NCBI GenBank assembly: GCA_016748015.1
Contig: JAAOMT010000058.1
Coordinates: 79,657 to 143,656 of the forward strand
Direction of reading: 5' to 3'
Origin: Geosiphon pyriformis uo1
Lineage: Eukaryota; Fungi; Glomeromycota
DNA: 64,000 nt
Position 1 is the stretch's first letter. Each line of letters begins with the position of its first letter. The notes below the pieces were generated by a model that was not told the DNA's origin, did no database searches, and saw only the letters and a list, made by a program, of their open reading frames with translations. The position numbers were made by a program, and so were the translations under genes. This document shows positions 24,761 through 36,790 of this stretch, in pieces.

Positions 24761-27700
24761 ATTATAGGCCATAAATCCATTTTACTTATAAAATTAATCT
24801 AAAATATTATTACTTTTAACAAATTTATTTATCTAAATACAGGTTTTTTTGTTAAATTAAATAAAACTATTAACTTTATAAGCATATTATTACCAATAAA
24901 AAGATAACAATTTTTTGTTTTTTTATTATTTATTAAGTATATATTATATTCTTTTTTAATCTAAAATAAGCTTTTATATAAATTAGAAATTAATATACCA
25001 AAACTTATAAATTAATTTTTAAAAATAAGTAATTATTGTTTTAATATTAAATTTTTTGTTTTTAATAACTAACAAAAAAATAATTTAAATTGCCAAAAAT
25101 TTTATTAAATAAGTTAAATTCAATTTAAAACAAATATTTTGTTAAATATAACAGTCCGAACAAATAGACAGAGCAGAGGAACAAAAGACCCCGTGCCAAA
25201 ATAGAAAAAACCTTATTAGGCGAATTAATAGGCAAACAAATATAATAAATAAAACAATAAAAAATTGGTTAAAACTTAACAAATAATTTAAAAATATATA
25301 TTAATATGCTTAAAATTATGTTTTTTATGCTTATTAAACAATTATTTTGGGTTTAAAATATAATTTACAAACTAAAAAATTATTATTGTGTTTAATAGTT
25401 AAGTTGTTATAAATAAAATTTTAAAGACAAAAATCTTAATTTTTAAAATTAAAAGACATTAAATAATTAACTTAATTAAAAAATTTTAATATATATTAAT
25501 TTTATTTTTTATTTTTTTAATGAGTGCAACCTAACCACTATCTAATATACAGAGTCAAAGCAAAATAAATCAAACTAAACATGGCTTATGTACTTACTAC
25601 ATGTGACCAGTTATTTGAGCCCATCAAGACAGTATTATATACTTACAAAGACTCTCAAACTAACATTTAAACCAGAAAAAAATAAACAATCCTTCCTCAA
25701 ACCAAAACTAACAGCAAATGACTCAATGACACCAAGCATACAAACTGCACTCTTAGACAGCTGACAAGACAAACTACACAAAGAAACAAAAACAGCACCA
25801 GTATCACAAACTAAACCACACTTTTCCATATTAGTATAGAATTTAAATCTTAACAACCATACTCTACTGTGATAGTTATCCTTCAAATGGCAGACAAAAT
25901 TGACAACCATCAACATGGCTTTCTTCCTGTTACCAAATATAGAAACAGCTTTCTTAATTCAATCTCTAAAAACAAAACTTTTGCACATCACAGTATATAT
26001 ACCACAATCTATAAGCCTCATGAGAGTAAGTAATATTGAAGATGAAACTGAAAAATGATCACCTGCCAATAATTTTCACAAAACCACCAAATTAAATACA
26101 ATCTTTGAACAAACCACAGTATCTGCAACACACATAAAAGCATGATCAAAAAGCTCAACCTTACTACACATCAAACACAAAATGCTCAAATAGCTTTTGT
26201 CATATAGTTTTTTACGAACAGCAACTGGCAATCTTCTGTAAACAGTTTTTATTAGATAAGTATGCAAAGCAGCCGACTTTCTACTAGTAAAATCTGTCAA
26301 TATATGAGAGTTTGGATGCCACACAGATGCCATGTACTCCCAGTTAATATGTCTAATAACCAATTCATCTAGTATATTAATACCAGGCCTAGTTTTCTAC
26401 AAAGTCTGATTCATAGTACAAAAAATATTGTGCACAAAATGACGAGCATTGCCAAAGATGATGAGTCCATCTGCCATAAGAAACTTATTAGAAACCTTAG
26501 CAGAAAGAACCAGGTTCAAATGCACTACAGCACAAGCCAAAGCATCAACATGATTATTGCCAACCACATCCGAATGCCCTTTTACTTTCATCTACTTAAC
26601 AGAAATGTCTTTTGACTTAACCAAATCAGCAATATGAAACCTCTTTATCTAGCATTGATTTCGAAAGTCAGGCTGATCCAATTCGCATTTTGATGCACAA
26701 GCAGTCAAAGCTGCCTGACTATTAGAGTGAAATACAACTGAGCATGATAAGAGAACATACTCCAAAGCCAAAGTAATTGCTTGCAGTTCTACTAAAATAG
26801 AGGACAGCAGGTCCTGAACACTCACACCTACACCCATGTCAATTTCAGAAAAAAAGCTGCAGTCCTACAAGCCACATCTTTTGTACCCAAACTACTTAAC
26901 AAACTATTAGTAAATATGTTTAGCTCTCCAGCCCAAACCTTATGCAAATGTTTGTGAGCACTCAAAAAGTCAAACAAACACAGAAAGTTAGAATAGTTCA
27001 CAACAGCCAAACCTTTACCAGGCTCTGTCAAATGATTGGTCATATGCACAAAGGCTTTAATGAACCAAGTTGGTACTAAATTTTTAAGACTTAATCTCTT
27101 CCAATGCTGAAAAGTTTTCCAATTTATTATATAACCATACTTGTTAAGCAAAACATTACCAAAGGTAACACCAAAATGCTTCAAAGAATGTATCACATTA
27201 AAATAAGAGGTGAGTTCCAGAATCCCAAACATCAGAATGTGACCAGAGCAATGAAATACAATAAGTATATAGTTAAACAAAGAAATGTTAACATCAACAA
27301 AAATTCTCACAACACCAGCCAAAAAATTATCTGATGGATAAACTCTCAACTTAACAGGATGACACAATAGATGAAAAGATGCCCACCTTAAAACCTGTAA
27401 ATCTAAAGCATGATATTCAAACAAACAATTTAATATTTCAGATGCATTAAAGAAACTGATCACCAAAGCAATCTTGGTTTCAGCTTGTATTTGTTCAAAT
27501 GATTTTAGACTATATAATAATGAGTGATACAAGGCCTCATTGAAAAAATCTCTTGGCAAAAGAGCTTTAGACCTAAGCCCCCTTTTAATCAAAATGTCTC
27601 ACTTTTGACACACACTCTTAGCAATAAAACTAAACTGCATACAATAATTGACAATAGGCTGGAGAACTGCCGAAACCAAATATAAGAATTGCTTATTAAA

Positions 27701-28002
27701 CACCACTTTCTTGAGAACCATATTTGAGAAGGACCTTACATCCACATGAGCCTTGGCAAGACTAGGTTTGAACAAACCCTCTGTAGACAAAAATATGCCC
27801 AAGTACCTGTAAGATTTGCCTTTTCTCACCACAGATATGGGCCTACCACTAATGCTCAAAGAGATATCTGCTACTCTTTGGTTGATGGGAATGGCCACAG
27901 TCTTGTCATTGTTAATAGAAATATTGTTAATCTTGAAGAATTCACTAACAATATCCAAAATGTACTGTGTTGACACTTGACCATTTTCTATCCAAATTGT
28001 AT

Positions 28003-28690
28003 TGTTACGGGTTGGAGTAACAAGCTAATGGATAGCAAAAAAAACAGAATTGTAGGGTAATGGAAATAATCAAAGGGGAATTTAACTTTAAAGAGTGAAT
28101 TGAATGAGTATGGATTCAATGTATGAGATTAGTCTCATAAAATATCTCAGTTGCTATTCTTTTCAAAGGTAACTGAGGAATCTAAAGGTAGAGGAATAGT
28201 CCATACTGTCAACAATTGATCACCACTAGTATAATTCTATGCCTCATGTCAGCACTCTTAGAATTCAATATCAGGTATCAACTTGTGCTTTTTAATCACA
28301 TTTATTCAAATAATCTTCAAATGCTACAATTATATACGTCAGAAAAAGGCCAACAAGTAATCTTTTATCTTTAAGATGTTTAGATACTTGAAAGTAGGAA
28401 AAGAGAAATTAGTAATAAGAGAAGAATTGAGATGAAAGTTGTTATTTTATTTATTCTTGATTATTCAGATGCTTGTTATTACATACTTTTCTACAGCTAA
28501 GAGATTCATTGCTTATATAACTATCAAAAATGGTCAATGATCAGATCAATGATCAGGTCAATGGTCAGGTCAATGGTCAGGTTATTGATCAGGTCAATGA
28601 TCATTTTCTAAAAATAGTGTGGCTAATCATATAACATCAGTGGCTAATACATATGATAATTAATAAGAAATATAGGTCTCAACCATAATA
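28003..28690. mobile_element. Solo LTR (family B, 688 bp) inserted in the LINE RT active-site region
   Basis: TGTTACGG...CCATAATA termini, GTAT duplicated at 27999-28002 and 28691-28694. Removing it restores FVDDT-IWIE. Internal GTCAATGATCAG repeats at ~28530-28600. Confidence 0.85.
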
Positions 28691-31600
28691 GTATCATCCA
28701 CAAAAGCACCAGCTGCAAAAAAAGAGAATTTACTATTGCAAGCCTCCACCCTGCCAGTTTTTACTACAAAATTTGAATTGATTCTATAACCACACAAATG
28801 TTCTTGCCTTTTAACCTTATACAACAAAGAGTCATAAAAAACTCTCCAAAGAAATGGAAAGAAGACCTCCCTTTGATTCAAACCATCATGGACCACATAG
28901 CCATCTGAGAGACCAAAGTCAATCATTATCTTATTGTATCTGTTCTCATAAATATTACCAAAAAATTTAATGAATTTGCTACACATTTTGATGCATTTTA
29001 AACTCAACCTCAAATGATGCCAACAGACAGAATCATATGCTTTGCGCATATTCTGTAAGACCAGCCAGATTTCATGACTCTTCTTCAAAGCATCCTCAAT
29101 AACTGAGCTCACAGCAAAAACGGAAGATTGAGTTGAAGTGCTTTTCAAGACTGAAAAGTTGTCACCACGCAGAATGCCAAACTTGCTACATACAGACAAG
29201 ATACAATCAGACAGGACCTTAGACAAAATTTTTCTTGCAGTTTCTATGAGTGCAATCAGCCTGGTGTTAATTAGAATCCCATTCCAGTCATAAGGCTTGG
29301 GAATCATGAAAACCCAAGCCCTTTTCCAAGGCATGAGAACATTGCCCACCTTCAAGTAAAAATTCAACAGATCCAGAAAACATGTCATAACCTCATCATC
29401 ACAGTGCTTCCACAATTTGTTAGGTATACTAGAAAAACCAGCAGTCTTTCTATTGGGTAAACTGCTAACCATCAAAGATAACTCTCCCAAACTAATGTCA
29501 CACATAACTTCTGAAAAAGCAGCATTGTCAACATACTCCAAAGAATTATATTGATGGGCCCACAGATTGAATAAGATTGGAGAGACTCTCCTTTTATGAA
29601 TCCAACCCACCATGATTTTATTTACTCTGGATTTTACCTCACCAGGCTTTAAAACCAGCTCATCTCCAATTACCAAATGATTTAGAACAATCTTGCAAAA
29701 TGACCACTCTAAGATACTTTTGATCATACTGCCTTTATCTGAAATGAAATTCTCCATATGCTTATCAATCATATTCCTAATGTGTCCATTTTTGGCTAGC
29801 TTAGCCTCATAGTATTTGGACTTACAATAACACTTCTTAGCTCTAAACAAATGTTTAAGTAGCACAGTCAATTTAGGAATACCATGATGCAAGGTGAGAA
29901 ACTTAGAGGCCTTATCATCATCAAGAGTTGACCAAACCCAAACAAAATAATCAAATTCCAACATTTGTTCTAAGAACAAGCATTTTATATCTTAGCCATT
30001 AAAGATTCTAATTTGAAAAACTTAGAAGACTGCCTGTTTTTTGGGCAGTCAAACTTACTAAACCAGTGTCTAGAAAATATCTCATCAGCTGAATCACACA
30101 ATACACATTTTAAAACCTCTCATATTTCATCCAAATCCCCCTTTTTCTTTGCGATCAGAAAGGAACTCAGAAACATAGCCAACCTAGCTGAAGAAAGTTC
30201 TTTGAAATACACCCACTTGGCCACATCCACATTTTTGATCTTAAGCTTTTATCTGTTTTTATTAGTCTGTTTGCAAACATTGTTTAGATGCGCATTAACT
30301 AAACCTCTCAACCCAACCAAGATTCCAACTATTTCATGATCAGTATCAAAAATTTCAAACACAGAGGTGACTTCACATCCAACAATAGCTGAAGCCAAAA
30401 TGTCACTCACAAAAACATAATCTATAGTTTTCAAAACCCCGTGCAAATTGTTCCAAGTACTAGATTTACTCAAAGAAAATCCAATTAATGAGTTGACCAA
30501 ACCCAACTTTAAACACTTCTTGAAACTTGCACATCTTTTAAACCCATCCTCATTGAAATCACTACCAAAAACCACAAAAGAGCTTGTATTCACAGTCTTA
30601 GAACTAAGAGAATTAATGCTAGAGGCCTGAAAGAAGTGAGTCTTGGCTGAAACACCAGCATACAAACCTAGAAGAGTCACTGAAAGTTTATTCTTAAACA
30701 GCAAATGAACAGAAATAATCCGATCAGGAATTTCCTCAATCTTTGAAACATGTCAAGCCAGTGAACTATTTATTATAATAGCTATCCCTGTACCTAAAAA
30801 GCCCATCTCAAGGCCAGAAGTAAAAATCCTAACACCTTCAAACTTGTCCTTGATCCAAGGTCTAACACACACCCTCATCTTAGTTTCAGTAAGAATGAAA
30901 ACCATGTTACTAGACTTTAAATGCCTATAAACAATATCCTCCTGTTTTGCTGGATTGGTCATACCCTTAACATTGCATGTGACAATCTTCCATACTAAAT
31001 CAATTATTGGGAAGCAGAAAACACCCAAGAACCCAAGCCGGTGCACAACTAATCTAACTTTACCAATACAAAACCAATTGAGGCTTCAAGAGCCACCAAT
31101 TTGGACTCCAAACAGCTCACTTTAGTTGTCAAAATTTTTGAGCTATTGAGACCCAGAGCAGAAACAACAGAGGGAGATGCAGGCACTACTACTGAACTAT
31201 CTAAAACCATATCCGAGTTTAAATCTAAATTGATGTTTACTGGAATGATTAAAAGACCAGAAGAAGAAGAGAGACCAAGGGCACCAATTCTATGCTGCTA
31301 AGTTTGCATACAATGTCAGAGATCTGATCATCCAAGAGCTCTAAGGAGCATTTTAAAGAGGCCAAATGAGCATTCAAAGACAAATTGTCAGCCAGAACAA
31401 AAAAAAAACCACCACTCAAATCTGAGACACCAGAAGAAAAAGAACCAGAACCATAATCAGAATCAAATTGAAGACCACCAAAAGAAAATGCAAAAGAAAC
31501 TACTTGAGCCCATGACTTGTCACCAAAAGCAGCAGAGCAAGAAATAGAAACATTTTTCTTTGCATATAATCTAACCAGCTAAAAACACTTCACATCAGAA

Positions 31601-31865
31601 GCATTTTTTTTCAAGTTTTTTTTTTTAGAGAGGACAAACATCAGAGTGTCAGAAGCATCATATTCTAAAGCTAAGTGTCCAAACTTCTCACATTTTTCAC
31701 ATCAAACCAAGTTCAATCTAGTCTAAGAAAGTCTTATGCCACCAAAAATTGGCTCAGTGCAAAATGCAGATTCAAGCTTATTTTCAGATTCAAAACCAAT
31801 GACAGTGCAGCAAGTTTGGTTGTCAATCTCCAAAAAACAATTGATCATACAAGTTTTCTTACTAG

Positions 31866-32775
31866 TGTTACAAGTAACTATTTTTGGTGTTGGATTAAAT
31901 AACAAACCCATAACTTGGTGCTCAAATCTAATTGCAATTGATAGTGATCTGAAGGTTTGTGTCTGAAAGGTTTGTATTCAAAGGTTTTGGTTGAGTTTTT
32001 TGTATAATAGACAGAGATTCAATGGTAATAGTTTTATCCATAGCTTCCCGAAACTGCAGTTTTGTCAATTTTTTTCTCAGCTTAATGGCTGGTATTCCTC
32101 CTGGTAAGTTATCCTCAATTGAATGTTCTACCTTTATTTTTGGGTCTTTTACCAGTCACATTTATCCTGACGTCAGTACTCCACACGTTAATTCTTAATA
32201 GAGTTAGTAAACAACAATAAAATCAAAGCAAGAAATTAAAAAAAGAAAAGAAAATAAAGAAAGAAAAGAAATAAGCCAAGACAATTTGCAAATTAGTATT
32301 CTGTCAATAGCCATAATTAAGAGCTATTGTTCTAGTGTGGTTAAGTATCAATTACTATCAACACTTTATGTTGATAGTAGCAGTAGGTTTAAGATAACAA
32401 ACAGTTATTTATTTGTGGTTTGGAAAGTTGTTCAGATAAAATCTAAACTGAGAGATCTGTCTTTTTAGCTTTTAATTCTACTGCTATATATACATAATTG
32501 AGATTTCTCAATTCCTCAATTCTTCACAACAGGAATCCTGGAATTCCTGGAATCCTGCAATTCCTTTGAGAGGAATTTTGGAATTCTGGAATTCTGCAAT
32601 TCCTGAGAGGAATCCTGGAATTCCTGGAATCCTGCAATTCCTTTGAGAGGAATTCTGGAATTCTGGAATTCTGCAATTCCTGAGAGGAATCTTGGAATTC
32701 CACATTTTACTATGTCTACTTCTGATTGGTTAATAACTATGCTAATATATATTCTCTATATTTCTATAAATAACA
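31866..32775 (-). repeat. 3' LTR of Gypsy family A
   Basis: Direct repeat of 40888-41758; contains a GGAATTCCTGGAATCCTGCAATTCC tandem array at ~32507-32700. Confidence 0.92.
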
Positions 32776-32790
32776 TTATTCTCTCCTTTT
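32776..32790 (-). promoter_or_regulatory. Polypurine tract
   Basis: Minus strand AAAAGGAGAGAATAA immediately before the 3' LTR. Confidence 0.75.
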
Positions 32791-35700
32791 AATATTGAGC
32801 TCTGTCAAAATCTAACTCTGTTAATTCTCCTTTTTGAAGTATTTCCTGAATTTTATTTTTGAGAATTACTTGTGTTATTTAAGTCTGTAATTCTTCAAAT
32901 TGAGTGTTGGTGATCTTTCCTAATTGATTACTGGTAACCATATCCATTGCTTTATTGTGTAAGATTTCTGGTTGATCCTGAAATGCTGTGTGTATTCAGT
33001 ATATGGCTTGGGTCTGTGTAGATAAGTTGTTCTTTCTCACAAAATGTTCTAATTGTTGTAGTATTTTTGTGTCAAATAATCACTTTGTTTTATCTGTATA
33101 TAGATTCTGGATATTCACATGTTGTTGTTAATGATGATGATTGGTTCCAGATCTCGTGAAATCTCCTCTGGTTGGACTAGTATCTTCTGTACTTCTAATT
33201 GTGGAATATTACTGGTAGATGGTGGTGTGATGTTGTGGTATGGTTTCAGTCGATCTCTATGTGCTGCTTTGGTTAAGATTTTGTTATTCAGTTTTAATTT
33301 GTAAGCTCTATTCCCTAGAATTTCTTCTATGTGAAATGGTTCATCCCATTTGGGGTCGAATTTTCCACTCCATTGTTTTTCTATTTTGGTACAATGTAAG
33401 AGTACTTTGTCTTCAATTTTAAATTCAACTGGTTTGTCTGGTAGTTAATTATTATGTCTTTCTTTCTGTTTCTCTTGTGACTTTTGTATGTTATTAGCTG
33501 CTCTTTTTTGTTTGTTTTCCAATGTTTTCATTAAGTTATATGTTCTTTTTAACAATGTTTTTTGGAAATTTTCTTCTGTTATTGGTTCAGTTGAATATGT
33601 ATTAACCTCTATCTCAACTGGTAATATTGCTGTTCTACTGTATATCAATTCAAATAGTGTTGCTTGTGTGGTATCTTGCTTCATTGTCTAATAAGCAAAT
33701 AATACTGATGGTATAAACAAATCCCATTTGTCCTGGTTTTTTTGGCTGAGTTTCGCTATTGCTTCACACAATGTTCTATTAAATCTTTCAACTAATCTAT
33801 TGGTTTGTGGATGGTATAGTAATGATAGTGGTCTCTTAATTCCGAATCTTTGGCTTAGTTCTGCTAATGTTCTATTCACAAAATGGGTTCCTTGGTTTGA
33901 TAATAGTTCTTTTGAACATCCATGTCAACAAATCAGATCTTAATGGATGAATTTGACAACGGATTCTGCATCTGCTCTTTGAATTGCTTTGGCTTCTGGC
34001 CATTTAGTAAGATAGTCCATGGCTACTGCAATATATCTGTTGCCTTTGCTGGTAATTGTCAATGGTCTGACTAAATTGATTCCAATATGGTCAAATGATT
34101 GTCCCACTTTGATTGGTCTCAATGGTTTGCTAAGTCTTGTTCCTCCTCTTCTTTGACAAGCATCACAATTTTGCACATATTAGATAATGTCTGGATACAT
34201 TAATGGCCAATAGTATCTTTTTCTGGTTCTTTCCATGGTTGCTTCTTTATGAAAATGTCCTGCAGTTGGATCTGAGTGCATGTTGAACAGTATTGTCTCC
34301 TTTTCTGGTTCTGTAATTACTCTGGTTGGTTGATCTGAATCTTTTCTATTTTTCCGATAAAGTATATTTTGGTGAGTGATAAAATATTTGGATTGTTGTT
34401 TGATCCTTTTTTGTTCTGGTTGAGATAATTTCTCCTTGAACTGTTGAATATCTATATAATGTTGAAGTTGTTGATATTTTTGTGTGTTTATTTTTTGTTA
34501 TATTTTTGTGAGTATTGTTTTGGTTTTGTTATATTTTTGAGTTGAAATGTTCTTAGATTTGTCTTATTTGCAACAAACTGTCAGTATTTTTATTGTCTTT
34601 TCCCTTTTTATAATGTATGGTATAAGTATATGTCAAAAGAGCCATTTTTTATCTTGACTGTCTTTCATCTCCAAATTCTTGTTTTTGGAGTGATGTCAAT
34701 TCTTTGTGATCTGTGTACACCTCAAACTTTTGGCTCAAGTATTCTTTTCATTTCATAACTGCCCAATAGATTGCTAAGTGTTTTAATTCTGGTGTTCCAT
34801 AGTTCTTTTTGGCTGGTGTTAAATCTCAGCTGGTGTATGCGACTGGATGTTCTCTTCTATCTGGTCCTTTTTGAGATAGTACTGCTCTCAATGCTTGATC
34901 TGATGCATCAGTGGTGATAATAAATAGTTTACTATGATCTGGATAGATTAATACTGAAGCTTGAATAAGCTTTCTTCTTAAGATGTTAAATGCTTCTTAC
35001 TGGGTTTCAGTCCATTCATATTTTGCATTTTTGGTTTGAAGATCATTGAGTGGTTGTGCTATCTTTGAAAAATTCTTTATGAAGTGTCTATAATAGCTCG
35101 CGAATTCCAAGAATAATTTCAGCTTAGTTACATTGATTGGTATTGGAAAGTTCTTTACTATCTCTATTTTCTTTGGATTTGTTTTTATGCCATCTTTGCT
35201 AACTATGTGTTCCAAGAATTTTAGTTCTGTTTTGTCAAAAAAACACTTTGTTGCATTTAATTTTAATTCTGCTTGTCATAGTCTTTTGAACACTTGTTGG
35301 AGATGATGTAGATAATCATTAAATGTTTTTGAGAACACATTGGTATTATCCAAGTATACAACTACTGATTTCTACAATAAGCTGGTATACACAATTTCCA
35401 TTAGCTATTGGAATATAGCTGGAGCATTGGTTAAGCCGAATGGCATAACTTCAAACTCAAAGTTTTCTTCTCTTGTGGTGAATGCTGTTTTTTCTTTGTC
35501 AGCTGGATTTATAACTACTTGTTAGTAACCACTATCCAAGTCTAACATTGAGAACTATTTGTTTCTACCAAAGCATTGAATAGATTTTGTATCCATGGAG
35601 TTGGATAGCTGTCTCCACAAGTTACACTATTAAGTTTCCTGTAGTCTACACAAAATTAGATTTTTCTATTCTTCTTACAAACAAGTACTATTGGTAATAA

Positions 35701-36379
35701 CTATGGGCTCATTGATGGCTGAATTAACCTATTGTCAAGCATTCAGTTGATTTTTTGACAGATGATTTCATGGTTGGCTGGTGGTACCCTATATGCTCAC
35801 TGTTTAATTGGCATTGCATCTCCAGTCTTGATCTGATGCTGGATAATATTAGTTCTGCCAAATTTGTTTTTACTGGTAAAGATGTCATTGAAATTATTAA
35901 GTAACATCTTTAGTTGCATCTGTTGAAGTGGGTCTAGATTTTCCATGTTCATCTGTTCCAATTGTTCTGGCTGTAACAGATAACATTTGTTTCGTTCATA
36001 GATGGTTTGTGATATAATGTCCACATATTCACAAAGCTATGGAAAATCTGAAATGCTGCTTGGTGCTTGATCTTTAATTTCTGTGGTTAAATATCTGAGA
36101 GTGGTTCCTTCCAGTATCTTTACAATATTTCTAGTGTTGTTGTAGATGGGAATTTTGATATGGTTATGGCTCTTGGCTGGTATGTGTAGATTGATAAGTC
36201 CAATTTCTCCTGATTCACAAAAAATTGCTTCTGCTTCAAAAATCTGTTCTTGCTCCTTCTCTCTCCTTTCTATTGCTAACATGTATCGGCTATATGGTGG
36301 AATAGAAATTGTTTAACTGGTTAAGATAATTTCTCCTTGGCCAATAATTTATTCCTTCACCATATTGACTAGTACATCT

Positions 36380-36790
36380 ATTCTACCTGTTGATCCAAAT
36401 CCCTGTATTCCTCTTGTTGTTATCCCTAATTCTTTCCTATTTCCTACTGGAACTAACTAAGCTATTTTTACCAGAGACAGGAATATTGTCTGTGCTATCT
36501 TTTCATTTGGCTCTATAACATAGACCTTTTCTGAGTCATTTTGCAGCATAGCAATAATATTTCTTATATATCTTCCATCAATTATTCCTTCTCTGATGTT
36601 TATTCCCTTTTTCGCTAAACTACTCCTAGATGCTAATTGAACCATTGTTGTTGCTAGAATTTCCAGTGCTATTTTCAGATTGATGTAAGTATGTGAATAG
36701 GGTTCAATTTGATGGTGTCCTTTTCTGAATATCTTAGATCAAATCCTGCATCAGTATTATGCACATGTTCTGGCATGATACTTTCATCAT
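36380..36790 (-). pseudogene. dUTPase domain inside Gypsy pol (frameshift and stops)
   Basis: Motifs DAGFDL, SRSSLAKKG, GIIDGRY, EKIAQ, RGIQGFGSTG correspond to trimeric dUTPase motifs 1-5. Confidence 0.88.

Noticed and set aside
32507-32705. Possible CRISPR-like array
   Set aside because: No unique spacers; a tandem array inside eukaryotic LTRs, present in all three LTR copies.
33120-33330. Chromodomain at the integrase C-terminus
   Set aside because: The translation lacks the aromatic-cage and YLVKW-type motifs.
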